64,000 nt of DNA from Nitrososphaeria archaeon (GTDB lineage: Archaea > Thermoproteota > Nitrososphaeria > JACIWG01). The notes under the pieces are model-generated. The model searched no databases, was not told the DNA's origin, and saw only the letters and a list, made by a program, of their open reading frames with translations. The stretch's first letter is position 1. Each line of letters starts with the position of its first letter. The translations under genes and the position numbers were made by a program. Shown piece by piece: positions 41,925-53,255 of this stretch. The stretch is from positions 32,001-96,000 of the forward strand of contig JBEKIG010000007.1 of NCBI GenBank assembly GCA_050011875.1. The letters are read 5' to 3'.

Positions 41925-42845
41925 TCAAGCAAGGCCTTCCATCTCAAACTTCAACCTTCTAACAGCCTCATCTATATTTAAGGGCTTATGCCTGAGTTGG
42001 GAAGTGGCTTTTCTAACATCTAAAGAAGAATCATTAGGTCTCATAGCGAACCAGTTCATATCTCCCATTTTGGCAGGCCTGATCAGCAGTCTATCGAGAT
42101 CAAAAATTTCCGCGAGTTTGGTGACAAAGTCAAAACGGGATAATCTTGTGGCACCAGACATGTGATAAACGCCTGTAAACCATCTGTTAACAGCTTCTAA
42201 TACCATCTCAGCTAAGCTAGAGTTCAAAGTGGGAGAAATAAACTGATCAACAAGTATGTGAATAGTCTCCTCTTTACGGAGTTTTTCTAGAGCCCACAAT
42301 GCAAAGTTAACTTTACCGAGGGCAGGCCTAGAACCAAATATGACACTAGCCCTGACAACAAGGTAGTCTAAACCAGAAGATTTAACCAGCTTTTCACTTT
42401 CGAGCTTAGAATTACCGTAATAGTTTACTGGACTACATGAATCATCTTCTTTATACATACCTTTATCACCTTGGAAAACATAGTCGGTTGAAATGTAAAC
42501 AAGGTATACGCCGAACCTTCTACAGGCATCAATAATGTTTCTTGTGCCGTCAATGTTGGTTTGATATGCAAAAACCTTGTCCCTCTCACATAAATCAACA
42601 TCTGTTAATGCGGCTGCGTGAACAACTATGTCGGGACGTATCCTACTGAAGGTGTTCATTATCGCTCCTGAGTTAGTTACATTTAACTTGAAAGGATGGC
42701 CAATATTTACAAGATGTTCATAGTAACCAGAGTAAACCTCAAAACCTTCTTTGAGAGCTAATTCGACCAAGCAAGAGCCAAATAAACCACTAGCGCCAGT
42801 TACGATAGCCTTCAATTTGTTAGCCCCCTTGAACATATATTTCAA
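41925..42845 (-). CDS. rmlD: dTDP-4-dehydrorhamnose reductase
   Basis: HAAALTDVD.CE, YISTDYVF.G, YGNSK, SPT. Confidence 0.92.
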   Translation of the reverse strand: MKYMFKGANKLKAIVTGASGLFGSCLVELALKEGFEVYSGYYEHLVNIGHPFKLNVTNSGAIMNTFSRIRPDIVVHAAALTDVDLCERDKVFAYQTNIDGTRNIIDACRRFGVYLVYISTDYVFQGDKGMYKEDDSCSPVNYYGNSKLESEKLVKSSGLDYLVVRASVIFGSRPALGKVNFALWALEKLRKEETIHILVDQFISPTLNSSLAEMVLEAVNRWFTGVYHMSGATRLSRFDFVTKLAEIFDLDRLLIRPAKMGDMNWFAMRPNDSSLDVRKATSQLRHKPLNIDEAVRRLKFEMEGLA

Positions 42846-43180
42846 AATGGTTATTTAATACTACTGTTTACTAATTTTAAGATATAATTTTATCTAAACT
42901 TGCACATTAACTTCAATCTACGATTCCATTCCTTTAACTTGCCTAGCAAGTTTTAGTACAACTGTAGAATATCCATTTACACTAAACCTTAATTAATGTG
43001 TTATCAGCCAAAAAGGTCTTTGCACTTTAAATCAAATTTGTGCCTTATTCTGTAGAACCTTTTATAAAGCATCTAAAATAATAAATATTACCACACTTTT
43101 ATGATATTGAATTTATGTTCGTTTATATTTATTGATTTACCAACAGAAATTTATAACCTAACCCCGACCTCTTTGCTTGA

Positions 43181-44095
43181 CTAGGGTGAGGCTATTGTTT
43201 TTCTAAGACCATCTTCTAGACTCATCTTGGGAACGTATTCTAAAGATTTGACTGCCCTAGAAACGTCAGCCGTGCTCTGACGTATGTCTCCTTCTTTTAC
43301 CGGCTTATGTAAAGGTACTATATGAGACTTTTCGGACACCTTTGCGATAATCTGCGCTAATTGATTAATTGTTGTTTTAGTTCCTGTTCCTATGTTTATC
43401 GTTTCTTGAATGTTAGACTTTATAGCCTTTAATATGTATTCGACTGCATCTCCTACGTAAATGAAGTCTCTGTATTGTTCTCCATCACCATATATTATTG
43501 GAGGCTCGTCTCTACTTATTCTCCTAATGAACTGAGTTATAACTCCACTGTATTGGTTAAAGGATTGCCTTTGTCCATACACATTAAATAAACGTAGTAT
43601 CACTGTACTGATCTTTCCTATCGTGTTATATGATTTACAATATTCTTCCGCTTCTAGCTTGCTCTCTGCATATGGTGAAAGCGGTTTCGTTGGGTGGCTT
43701 TCGTTTATCGGAACTCTTAATGGATTGCCGTACACAGCAGCAGATGAGATGAATACAAACCTTTTTACTCCCGCTTCCATCGACTGATTCAGAACATTAA
43801 ATGTTCCCTTTGAATTGACTTCTCGATACAAAAGAGGCTTTACAATTGACTCTTGGACGCTTGTCAGCGCAGCTAAATGTACTACCACATCCACATCTTC
43901 AAAAGATTCCAGAAGCTTACTTTCCTCTCGAATGTCCACATGCTTGAAATCTATCTTAGGAAGAACATTAGTCAAGTTATCCAACTTTCCTGACCACAGG
44001 TTGTCCACCACCACAACATTTTCTCTTAGGGACACTAGCTTTTCGACGAGGTGGCTTCCAATGAAACCAGCACCGCCTGTTACAGTAATCTTCAT
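43181..44095 (-). CDS. NAD-dependent epimerase (UDP-glucose 4-epimerase-like)
   Basis: TGGAGFIGSH, SSAAVYG, YAESK, FNVYG. Confidence 0.9.
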   Translation of the reverse strand: MKITVTGGAGFIGSHLVEKLVSLRENVVVVDNLWSGKLDNLTNVLPKIDFKHVDIREESKLLESFEDVDVVVHLAALTSVQESIVKPLLYREVNSKGTFNVLNQSMEAGVKRFVFISSAAVYGNPLRVPINESHPTKPLSPYAESKLEAEEYCKSYNTIGKISTVILRLFNVYGQRQSFNQYSGVITQFIRRISRDEPPIIYGDGEQYRDFIYVGDAVEYILKAIKSNIQETINIGTGTKTTINQLAQIIAKVSEKSHIVPLHKPVKEGDIRQSTADVSRAVKSLEYVPKMSLEDGLRKTIASP

Positions 44096-44132
44096 TTTTC
44101 TTCACTAAACAAATTATAAACATAAAAAAGAT

Positions 44133-44402
44133 TTATTGGCTCTTTGCTTCAGTTGATTCTGCCTTGTTTTCCTCCGTCTTAGGTTCTTCCTTCGTAAGCT
44201 CTTCTATCGGTTGCGGGGGAGGAGTTGTCGCGAGAGTAAATCCTATCCAGCCTAGAACGGCTAGAACGCCTCCTATTATTACAAATGCTGTTATCTGCAG
44301 AATGATTTGAGGGTTCCAGAAGAAGAGAAGCCATGCATATACAACTATTCCGATGATACCTGCGAGAAGTAATGTTACTCCTATTAATTGATCTCTACTC
44401 AT
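44133..44402 (-). CDS. Conserved two-TM archaeal membrane protein
   Basis: WIGFTLATTPPPQPIEE motif. Confidence 0.8.
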   Translation of the reverse strand: MSRDQLIGVTLLLAGIIGIVVYAWLLFFWNPQIILQITAFVIIGGVLAVLGWIGFTLATTPPPQPIEELTKEEPKTEENKAESTEAKSQ

Positions 44403-44723
44403 CTAATATCACTCATTTTCTGTGTTCGTAGGGGTTTAAAAATATTCCTTACTATAGTCTGTCTTATTAGAACTTGCATTCTGTGATGAAATAAAAAATT
44501 TCGTTAAAATACACAGTAGTGAGTTGGAGATCTATATCACAGAAATCCGTTGAACACCGCCTGCAACTAAATTTAATGAGTAAATTGATTAAAATTAACT
44601 ATGTCTTAGACAAGGTCTTCAGTTAAGTGGCAGGAAGAAGAATCGGGCGTTCTGAAGAAGCCTTTTTCGATGCTAGCTATAAAATATTTCGATTACAAGA
44701 AAATTATTGAATAAGGTTCCGGT

Positions 44724-45629
44724 TTAAAGTGTTAAATCAACCCGTTTTGCATTATCATTTTTATACATTAAATAGATGCCGGACATCACGATTATTATTG
44801 CTGCAATCTTGTAGACGCTTATCGCTTCCTGTAGAAATATTGCTGCAAAGAAGAGCCCGAATACTGCAGCTGTTGAAAATACGACTATTGTCTTTACTGT
44901 ACCTATGTTTTGCAAGGCTTTCAGGAAAAAGTATAGCGACATGCCAAATCCTATTGTACCTATGAGTATCAGATCTGGAATCTGTCCTATTCCTATTTGC
45001 AAGGGTGTTTTTAGAGCGATTACGACTGCAGCTAGTATAAAGAATCCAACGATTGATTTTACTTGGGAAAGTTTTGCTGGTTCGATTTTGCCTGTTAAGA
45101 TCTTGCTTACATTGTTGTCTATCGACCAAAACACGGTTGCACCGAGAACTAGAAGGTTACCTAATGAAATTTCTATAAATAATCGTGATAGATCAAGGTT
45201 AGTTGCCACGATAATTACTCCCGTCAGTATCATTAAAATGGCTATGTAATCCGCCTTTTTCGGTCTTTCTTTGAAAAACAGTATGGCGAAAACGATCGTG
45301 AATACTTGTTCCCCATTCGAGAGAATAGCTGTATCAGAGGCGGATGTCCTCTGAAGGCCTAGAAAGTACAGTGTCGGCGCTATCGCTGCTCCACATATTG
45401 CTGATGTCGCGAATAATATGGAAGTTCTACTCTTTAGCGGGAAGGATGATTTTCTTGCAAAAGGTGTTAGTGCTATTGCTGCGAGCAGGTAGGATAGACA
45501 TGATAACAATAGTGGATTTATCGTCTGCATTGCTACTTTTCCAACTGTGGAAACTGAACCAAAGCATAATGCTGCTCCTAAGGCGTATAAATATCCTATT
45601 GATGACATATTTCTAGGCTGATCAGCCAT
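44724..45629 (-). CDS. DMT/EamA family transporter
   Basis: Two EamA repeats, ~10 TM helices. Confidence 0.88.
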   Translation of the reverse strand: MADQPRNMSSIGYLYALGAALCFGSVSTVGKVAMQTINPLLLSCLSYLLAAIALTPFARKSSFPLKSRTSILFATSAICGAAIAPTLYFLGLQRTSASDTAILSNGEQVFTIVFAILFFKERPKKADYIAILMILTGVIIVATNLDLSRLFIEISLGNLLVLGATVFWSIDNNVSKILTGKIEPAKLSQVKSIVGFFILAAVVIALKTPLQIGIGQIPDLILIGTIGFGMSLYFFLKALQNIGTVKTIVVFSTAAVFGLFFAAIFLQEAISVYKIAAIIIVMSGIYLMYKNDNAKRVDLTL

Positions 45630-46008
45630 CGGAGCTCAAGAGGTTCAGAAGTATCAGATATTTAGTTTTTAACGGAGCCATTTTCTTTTTTAAAATATTT
45701 ATGAAACATTTTTTGGGATATCTTCTTTCTGAAGTGTGTTAGAGCCTATAGCCTTTGTTGGAGAAGAATAAACCAATGAGAGACATTCTTGAAGGGATTG
45801 GAACATGATGTTTGCTCATAACATTCTTTATAGGAAAGAGTTGGAAGAGCTGCGGTCCATTCCTGTAAGATTATGCAGTGATAAATTCAGCATTTAGGGA
45901 CAGGGTTCCCGATTCAAAGAGCTCTATTAAATGTTAATTTCCAATAAATTTTGAAACGAATAGAAATAAATTCTAATCCTTTTAAGCCATAAGCATGACG
46001 TTCACATT

Positions 46009-46569
46009 ATGGGTGAAACAGTTTCTATCTTTGGCTTTGCAGGTAGCCTTCGAAAAGGTTCTTACAACAAGATGCTATTGAAGGCGTGTTTTGACCTATT
46101 ACCAGAAAATGCACGACTTGAAACGTTTGACCTTGAAGGCATCCCGCCATTTAATCAGGACTTGGAACGTGAACCTCCAGAAAAAGTGAAGGAGTTTAAG
46201 GCGAAGATTAAAGCTGCTGACGCAATTTTAATTGCAACACCTGAATACAATTACTCTATTCCAGGCGTTCTAAAGAACGCTATTGATTGGGCTTCAAGAC
46301 CCTACGTGGATAATTCCTTCAAAGACAAACCTGCTGCTTTGATGAGCGCGTCTACGGGGATGATTGGATGTGAAAGAGCGCAGCTTCACCTTCGCCAGTG
46401 TTTTGTCTTCCTCAATGTGCACGCCGTTAACATGCCTGAGGTAATCGTTACTTTTGCGCCAAAAAGATTTGATGATGAAGGTAGGCTAATAGATGAGGAG
46501 GCCAAAGGATACATCAGGATATTATTTGAGAATTTAGTCGCCTTAACCCTAAAACTGAAAACAAAGTAA
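46009..46569 (+). CDS. NAD(P)H-dependent FMN reductase (chromate reductase-like)
   Basis: GSLRKGSYN, TPEYNYSIPGVLKNAIDW. Confidence 0.92.
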   Translation: MGETVSIFGFAGSLRKGSYNKMLLKACFDLLPENARLETFDLEGIPPFNQDLEREPPEKVKEFKAKIKAADAILIATPEYNYSIPGVLKNAIDWASRPYVDNSFKDKPAALMSASTGMIGCERAQLHLRQCFVFLNVHAVNMPEVIVTFAPKRFDDEGRLIDEEAKGYIRILFENLVALTLKLKTK

Positions 46570-46697
46570 CGCTCGAAGTCTACCTGTGGTATGCTCAAAT
46601 TTGTCGTTACACTAACGTGTTTTCTTTCCAAAGGGACATGTTCGAGATCTTTTTAGTATTTTAGGAATATTTTTTGTTTTCATAAAGTTGAAATCTT

Positions 46698-47543
46698 TCA
46701 AGTTTTGTTAGTAAAAGATTTTTCCACATTTAAACTCTTTAGTATTGAGGTGGCGTAGAAGACGTTTTCTATGCTTGATATCCCTAGAATGGGGGTTCTC
46801 CTGAACCCTCCATCTTTGTTTATACAGTTCAGCACGAATCTTATATGCTCTCCCCCAAACTTTACTCTTTCTGTTAACACTTCCAATGATTTTACTCCAT
46901 AGTATGTATATTCCATATATGGTAGGATATTCTCTGGCCTTGTTACGAATCCTCCATCTGGCCGCTCACATTTTCTTATATAATCTAGCGATCCTTTTCT
47001 GTTTATCATTTCAATTCTGTTAAGGCATTTCAAAGCGCCAAGAGCGTGATAGGTTGAGGTGATCGTACTGTGCCCTATCATGCCAAAGCCTCCATCCACG
47101 TTTTGATGATTAACTATTTCTTTTATAATCTTTAAATTAAATTCGATTGAGTCAATTACAGAAAGTTCTGATACAAAATTTATCTTCTTGAACTCCTGTT
47201 CAAATTCATAGACCCTCCTCTTCTCAGGGAATGTCATGCTTTTCTTAACTAAATCAAGGTTTTTGGAGACAATTTCCTTTGCCTGCTCATTTTTTTCTAA
47301 AACCTGCAGGCTTTTTATGCAAGTGTAAAGCGAATACACGCTGTCAATCTTTTGGCTGGTTAACCATTCAGTGCACCTGCTTCTCTTCTCGAACTCAACA
47401 CCTATATCAGCTAAAATCGATAGCGCACAGTATGTTGCCGTTGAGTTAGGGTAATCTACAGGAGACATCTTAAAACCTCCGCTCTCATCATAGCGTTCTA
47501 AGACGAATTCTCCTATCTTTGGCCAGATTTCAGTTAAGGTCAC
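46698..47543 (-). CDS. Prenyltransferase/squalene-oxidase repeat protein
   Basis: Repeated QNxDGGF...TYxAL motifs. Confidence 0.8.
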   Translation of the reverse strand: MTLTEIWPKIGEFVLERYDESGGFKMSPVDYPNSTATYCALSILADIGVEFEKRSRCTEWLTSQKIDSVYSLYTCIKSLQVLEKNEQAKEIVSKNLDLVKKSMTFPEKRRVYEFEQEFKKINFVSELSVIDSIEFNLKIIKEIVNHQNVDGGFGMIGHSTITSTYHALGALKCLNRIEMINRKGSLDYIRKCERPDGGFVTRPENILPYMEYTYYGVKSLEVLTERVKFGGEHIRFVLNCINKDGGFRRTPILGISSIENVFYATSILKSLNVEKSFTNKT

Positions 47544-47700
47544 CCGTATCCACCTCTGGGCATATTGCCTAGACTTTCCTAATACTTTTAAGTTTTAGAC
47601 AACTTCCATAAATTGGGGCTTTATTATAATAGAAGTGAGCATATAGATTCGTTATATAAGTCGTTTATAGATTCATTTATAAAATCTTTCTGTATTCTCT

Positions 47701-48291
47701 TTGCATATGAATGGAACGGCGGCTCAGACGAATAAGACGAAGGGAGCCGTTGAGACAAGAAACCTTGCCCTAATAATTGTGTTCTCGGCATTGATAGCTG
47801 TCTCCACAATATTGGTCATACCACTCCCTGCTCCCATAGCGGAGATAACTTGGGCTCCACCGATCTACTTTGCATTGAGCGTTTTGGCTGGGCCTTGGCC
47901 TGCCTTCTTTTCAACGGCTTTGGGTTCATTTATTGGGGAATTCTACAACGTTTCTTATAGAGGCTTCCCTTTTATTTATGCACCCGGAATAGTGTGGGCA
48001 AGAGCGCCCGAAGCGCTCATCATAGGATGGGCGAGAAAAAAGAAGGGAGCAACACTTGCGATGGTGATGGGGCTCGCAACCGTGTATGAGACACTTGCCT
48101 TTCTGATTCCCGATTGGCTCTTCTATACCTATGGTCTTTTTGGATATAGCCATCCGATGAGCCTGACCGCTGGTTTTTACTTTGCCTTACCTGATGTTCT
48201 CACGATGGTTGATATTATATACATCCCCATATCGTTTGTCATAATCAGGTTCGCCAAGCCTGTTTTCCAGAGTATGGGATTCGCAAAATAA
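47701..48291 (+). CDS. ECF transporter S component (vitamin-binding)
   Basis: Hydrophobic ~190 aa, FSALIAV, LAGPW..F..ALGSFIGE. Confidence 0.75.
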   Translation: MHMNGTAAQTNKTKGAVETRNLALIIVFSALIAVSTILVIPLPAPIAEITWAPPIYFALSVLAGPWPAFFSTALGSFIGEFYNVSYRGFPFIYAPGIVWARAPEALIIGWARKKKGATLAMVMGLATVYETLAFLIPDWLFYTYGLFGYSHPMSLTAGFYFALPDVLTMVDIIYIPISFVIIRFAKPVFQSMGFAK

Positions 48292-48590
48292 GATTTAGTT
48301 TGTTTGACTAAAAGGTAAACTTGATTTCTTTTGATACGGTTTCCTCCAAAAAAATCTTATTACTTCACCTATCTCACACTTGGTAACCAGACAGCCGGTA
48401 GACATGGACTTAACAAGGCTCGCAACATTTTCCTATTCCCATTCCACAAAGGAAAACTGAAAAGGAGAAATTTGAATGGTAAAAATAAAAGGATGCAATC
48501 AGTCGCTCATATGGATTACTTTAAAATAACGACCGATGGAGTCAAACTGTTATGGAAAACCGTTTAAGAAACCGAGGTTATGTTTAAGCA

Positions 48591-49592
48591 ATGGGAAAAC
48601 TGACCAATGAAGAATTAAAAAAGCTTCTGAGCTGTATAAAGAAAGATCATAGAGTAATCGTACCGCCTTCACCTGGATTTGATTCGGGTGTACACAAATT
48701 ACAGGGAAAGTACTTAGTTATTTCAACCGACCCTTGCATTAATGTCCCACTAAAATGGTTCGGATGGCTACTAATACACTATGCTGCCTCAGACGTAGCA
48801 CTCTTTGGAGCAAAACCAGAATTCTGCACCATTAACCTTTTGGGTCCACCATCTACAAAACCCAAAACCTTCCAAAAGATCATGCAGCAGACCTGCCTTG
48901 CTATCGATGAACTTCAAATGACTATTGTGACAGGGCACACCGGAACCTACACAGGGCTCTCAACCCCAATAGGGGTCTGCACGGCCTACGGAACGGTTGA
49001 GAGAAACAAGCTTATAACACCGGGTGGCGCTGAACCTGGAGACTGCATTTATTGCATAAAACCACTTGGCCTAGAGGTTGCCGTCAACTTTGCTTTAACC
49101 CGCAGGCTCAAAGCAAAAGGCATTTTCGGAGTTCAAAAAACGCGAGAATTGGAAAAACTTGTGCCGATGCAGAGTTGCGTGAGAGAAGCTTTGCTACTCA
49201 CCGGAATTGGTGGCGTTCACGCTATGCATGATGCTACTGAAGGAGGTTTAACAACTGCATTGAATGAGATGGCCGAAGCTTCCAAAGCCGGTTTTAGAAT
49301 AGACTTCGATAGGATTCCAATCTGTAAAGAGGTGCAAACACTGCGGAAACAATTCAAACTATCAGATGAGCAATTGTTATCCATGTCGTCCACCGGAACA
49401 ATCCTAGCTAGTGTTAGTCCGAAAGAAAAAGAGAAAGTCGAAACAATCATGAATCGGAACAATATTCAAGCAAAAGTCTTAGGCGTTTTCACAAAAAGTA
49501 TGCAGCGTATTCTCGTACAAGGAAGAGAAAAAATACCGTTTCCCATAAAAGCTGATGATCCTTATGCAAGAATTCTCTCTGAAAAGATATAG
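48591..49592 (+). CDS. AIR-synthase-related (PurM-like superfamily) protein
   Basis: MGKL, STDP, ASDVA, GHTG, AMHDATEGGL. Confidence 0.85.
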   Translation: MGKLTNEELKKLLSCIKKDHRVIVPPSPGFDSGVHKLQGKYLVISTDPCINVPLKWFGWLLIHYAASDVALFGAKPEFCTINLLGPPSTKPKTFQKIMQQTCLAIDELQMTIVTGHTGTYTGLSTPIGVCTAYGTVERNKLITPGGAEPGDCIYCIKPLGLEVAVNFALTRRLKAKGIFGVQKTRELEKLVPMQSCVREALLLTGIGGVHAMHDATEGGLTTALNEMAEASKAGFRIDFDRIPICKEVQTLRKQFKLSDEQLLSMSSTGTILASVSPKEKEKVETIMNRNNIQAKVLGVFTKSMQRILVQGREKIPFPIKADDPYARILSEKI

Positions 49593-49611
49593 ATAATCAT
49601 TTATTTTTTCC

Positions 49612-50568
49612 TTATTGCTTTTTGGTTTTAACGATGTAGTCTGAGAATAATTTCTTGAATATTTCAGTGTCTATTATCGGTGATCCATCGTCTCTCGCTA
49701 TTGCCTGTTTTGGTAATAACACATCCCTGTACGAGGACATTCTTTCCCTCAATGTATCTTCTAGGATCGGTTCATCGGGATTCTGATAGAACGTTCCTAT
49801 AGGAATCTTATCATCCTCTTCAACTGACTTATGCCATGCCTGGAAGACCTTCTTTTCGATGGCTTCTTTTGTCTGTTCCCTTACTACAGGATCCCACTCC
49901 GGCTGTTCCTCAAGGCGGTAGATCCTTTTCTTGTAGTAATCTGCTGTATTTATGTCGTTGTAAGTTACACACGGCTGAAATACGTCGAGGAACGCTGAAC
50001 CCCTGTGTTTTACGGCGGCGATTATCAGGTCTTTAAGGTGTTCGGAGTACATAGAGTATCCCCTTGCTACAAAAGTGTATCCTGATGCGAGCGCAAGCGC
50101 TATCGGGTTTACTGGACTGAACATGTTCGGTTCCGCTAGAGACTTAGTCTTCAAACCTTTCCTTAGAGTCGGTGAAGCCTGTCCTTTAGTCAGTCCATAT
50201 ACACCATTATCGTGCATCACCACCGTCATGTCAATGTTCCTTCTTCCTAGTGCCACAAAGTGGCAGGCTCCTATTCCTAATATATCGCCATCCCCGCCAT
50301 GAACTATGACCGTCAGCTCAGGGTTCGCGATCTTTATTCCTGTAGCGAAAGCTATGTCTCTGCCGTGCAAAGCATGAACGCCATTAACCTTAACGAAATG
50401 CGACATCTTCCCAGAACAGCCTATACCTGAAACTATCACCGTCTTTGCTGGATCAATATTCATTTCTGCAAATGCCTTGTAGATGGAAGCCGCTATGCCA
50501 AAATTTCCACAACCTATGCACCAGTCCATCCATACATCTGTCCTGTAGTCAATTGGGTTACGCGCCAT
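49612..50568 (-). CDS. korB: 2-oxoacid:ferredoxin oxidoreductase beta subunit
   Basis: WCIGCGNF, SGIGCS, GGDGD, YGLTKGQASPT, QPCVTYN. Confidence 0.93.
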   Translation of the reverse strand: MARNPIDYRTDVWMDWCIGCGNFGIAASIYKAFAEMNIDPAKTVIVSGIGCSGKMSHFVKVNGVHALHGRDIAFATGIKIANPELTVIVHGGDGDILGIGACHFVALGRRNIDMTVVMHDNGVYGLTKGQASPTLRKGLKTKSLAEPNMFSPVNPIALALASGYTFVARGYSMYSEHLKDLIIAAVKHRGSAFLDVFQPCVTYNDINTADYYKKRIYRLEEQPEWDPVVREQTKEAIEKKVFQAWHKSVEEDDKIPIGTFYQNPDEPILEDTLRERMSSYRDVLLPKQAIARDDGSPIIDTEIFKKLFSDYIVKTKKQ

Positions 50569-52471
50569 ATGTCAGAACCACCCTTTTTTCACCACCAAAA
50601 ATCTGTCGTATCCCCTGGGAAAGTTCATTCCTGTATATTGGTCTCCCAGTGTATTTTACTATCGACTTGTCTAATATTATTCCAGTGTTTAAAGTAATAA
50701 CCTTTGATGCCTGCGCAAGATAGTTGTGCTCTACGGGAATCACCTTGTCCCTGTCGAATTTTGAAATAATCGACTTCACGTAATTGGATGGGAATGGTGA
50801 AAACATCTTTATATTCAAGTACGCTCCTTTAAGGTCTTTGTCATTTAACTGTCCTATTGCATCAAGTGCAACTCCTTTTGTAAACCCCCATCCTATTAAT
50901 AAGTAGTTCGCGTCTTCTTGCCCGTAGTACACTGCTCTCGTTTCAGATGGGATCTCTTTATCGGCTAGCTCAAGCTTCATCATTCTTTTATCATACATTT
51001 CCACCCTATTGACGGGGTCTTCATCTATGTGGCCTTCCTCCGAATGTTCATCCCCAGACTGATATTGCACTACGTAGGATCCTATGAAAGCTCTCGGCGA
51101 TATTGGAGGGTTAGCTAGACTAAAACGCTTGTAACCTTCCGTTTTATAATAGATTTTTCCTCTCTCTATTTTCACTTTCGATAGATCGGGAATAGCTATA
51201 GTTGAAATGCAATTCGCCAAGAACTTGTCTAAAAGATGAATGACAGGAGTCTGGTACCTTTCTGCTAAATTGAACGCTTCTATAGAATCGTAGAAGACTT
51301 CTTGATGGTCACCTGAGGAGAGAACTATCCTCGGAAATTCGCCATGAGAAGCAAACAATGGGAACAAAAGATCTTCTTGGCCACCTCTTGTTGGTTGGCC
51401 AGTGCTTGGAGCACCTCTCTGGTAATAGGTTATGACAAGGGGGACCTCGTTCTGTCCCGCCCATCCTAATCCTTCGACCATTAAACTAAATCCTGGTCCA
51501 CTTGTAGCGGTTGCACTTCTTACGCCCACAATTGAAGCCCCTATCGCTGACGCTATCGCAGAAATTTCGTCTTCCGTTTGTAATACGACTACGGATCCTA
51601 GACTCTTGTCATCTACGTTCATCCTCTGATAAGTCTCTATTGTAAAGCTTTCATCAGCCGCTGGTGTTATAGGATAGTAGCTCTGATACCTTAAACCGCC
51701 GACCATTTTACCCATTGCAACGATATCATTCCCGCTCGCTACAATAAGTTCTTTGTTGTTTAGCCGTGTCGGTTCTAATTCAATTGAAGCATCATGCCTG
51801 TTTTTGATCAAGTCGGCTACATATTTCACTGCGAACTTGTTATGTTCAACAAGCTCAGGTCTCTCGGAAAACCTGCTCTGGATACTTAATTCGATGGCTT
51901 CTTTTTCGAGCCCTGTTATACCCACTATCGAACCTATGATTATCGCGCTTATGTAACGTGACGCTTGTGCCGGAATCAGCTTAAATTGTTTACTGAGCTC
52001 TGAGAGTATAGAGGGATAGTTTAGGTCGATGACATTTACCTTCTTAGCTCCTTTCAGGTACTTCACAAGTGAAGAAATTGTGCCATCAATCCCAATCGTA
52101 TCAAATTTATTTCTCAACCTTTCTCTAAGTCTTGGTTCTATGCTCGGTATGTTTACACTTTTAGCTGCTGATGTTGAAGTATCATAAACTAAGAAACCTT
52201 TTTCATCTAAGTCCTCGAAATGCGTGAAGACAGTTTCGGCGTCCATAGCGCAAACAATCTGCACTGGATAATTTAACGAAGTAGGAAGAACCGAAGAAGA
52301 GATTCGAAAATGAGTATAACTGTGCCTGCCCTTTATATTGGAAAAATACTCTCTGTCAGAAAAGCATCCGTACCCTAGATAGGAGAAGGTCTTAGTAAGT
52401 ATCTGCGCACTTGATTCTAGGCCAGCCCCTTGAGCGCCTCCTAAGAGAAGGTTTAGCTCTTCTCTGGCCAT
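50558..52471 (-). CDS. korA: 2-oxoacid:ferredoxin oxidoreductase alpha subunit (gamma-fused)
   Basis: GGAQGAG, YYPITPA, EDEI, TSGPGFSLM. Confidence 0.93.
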   Translation of the reverse strand: MAREELNLLLGGAQGAGLESSAQILTKTFSYLGYGCFSDREYFSNIKGRHSYTHFRISSSVLPTSLNYPVQIVCAMDAETVFTHFEDLDEKGFLVYDTSTSAAKSVNIPSIEPRLRERLRNKFDTIGIDGTISSLVKYLKGAKKVNVIDLNYPSILSELSKQFKLIPAQASRYISAIIIGSIVGITGLEKEAIELSIQSRFSERPELVEHNKFAVKYVADLIKNRHDASIELEPTRLNNKELIVASGNDIVAMGKMVGGLRYQSYYPITPAADESFTIETYQRMNVDDKSLGSVVVLQTEDEISAIASAIGASIVGVRSATATSGPGFSLMVEGLGWAGQNEVPLVITYYQRGAPSTGQPTRGGQEDLLFPLFASHGEFPRIVLSSGDHQEVFYDSIEAFNLAERYQTPVIHLLDKFLANCISTIAIPDLSKVKIERGKIYYKTEGYKRFSLANPPISPRAFIGSYVVQYQSGDEHSEEGHIDEDPVNRVEMYDKRMMKLELADKEIPSETRAVYYGQEDANYLLIGWGFTKGVALDAIGQLNDKDLKGAYLNIKMFSPFPSNYVKSIISKFDRDKVIPVEHNYLAQASKVITLNTGIILDKSIVKYTGRPIYRNELSQGIRQIFGGEKRVVLTYGA

Positions 52472-52485
52472 TTCAAAACAGTCTC

Positions 52486-52803
52486 CTAGTCTCCAGATGG
52501 CGACTCTTCTGAGGCAACTTCATCATTATAAACATGAAAGGTCAGAATATCGCCCACATGCTCTCTTAGCTCATCAATCGAGTAAACCGGTTTCCTGCAT
52601 GTGACACAGTAGAGCCAACCATTTTCTTCGAAGGCCTTATTCAAATCTAGTGCTTCAAAGTGTTCACATCCCCCTTCTAAGTATGGTACGATTTGCTCCT
52701 TACTATTGCAGTATCCGAGAAAGTTGTAAGTATCATGTAAAACGTACTTCGCACATCTAGTACAGTAAAACTCTTTACCTTTAGTGCTCAAAGCTATCTG
52801 CAA
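52486..52803 (-). CDS. Cys-rich small protein upstream of korA
   Basis: CxxC, GYC, C, CxxC...H; 14 bp from korA start. Confidence 0.65.
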   Translation of the reverse strand: MQIALSTKGKEFYCTRCAKYVLHDTYNFLGYCNSKEQIVPYLEGGCEHFEALDLNKAFEENGWLYCVTCRKPVYSIDELREHVGDILTFHVYNDEVASEESPSGD

Positions 52804-53255
52804 TGATTTAGTTATTATTTCCGATATAAGTTTTTTGTATTTAAGTACATAATAAAGAAACTTTCCAATTAAAAAAGATTAGGTAAACCAATAATTCGTT
52901 ATGTAATACACAATCCTTACGTCTTCAGAGTGTTGTTCTTGGAAGTAAGTAAATCTAATAGTTAAACTTAGCTTTTAAGATACATAATCTAATTGTTATT
53001 CAAACTTCCAGCCACCATGACTACTAGAATATGACTAGAACATCATTAGAACAGTTCTATTAGGGTTCTACAAAATTGGGTATTAAATACACATCTTGTA
53101 ATAGTAGCCGCACGCAAGAGAGCAGTGGAACCAAAACTCAAAATCATGAGGTAAATCCACCATCACCTTCTTTTTATTATAAGAGCAAATATTCTTATTC
53201 TTTTTTAGCCGATGTATGTCATCCATGGTTCAGTTATCAGACTAAGGATCAAATA

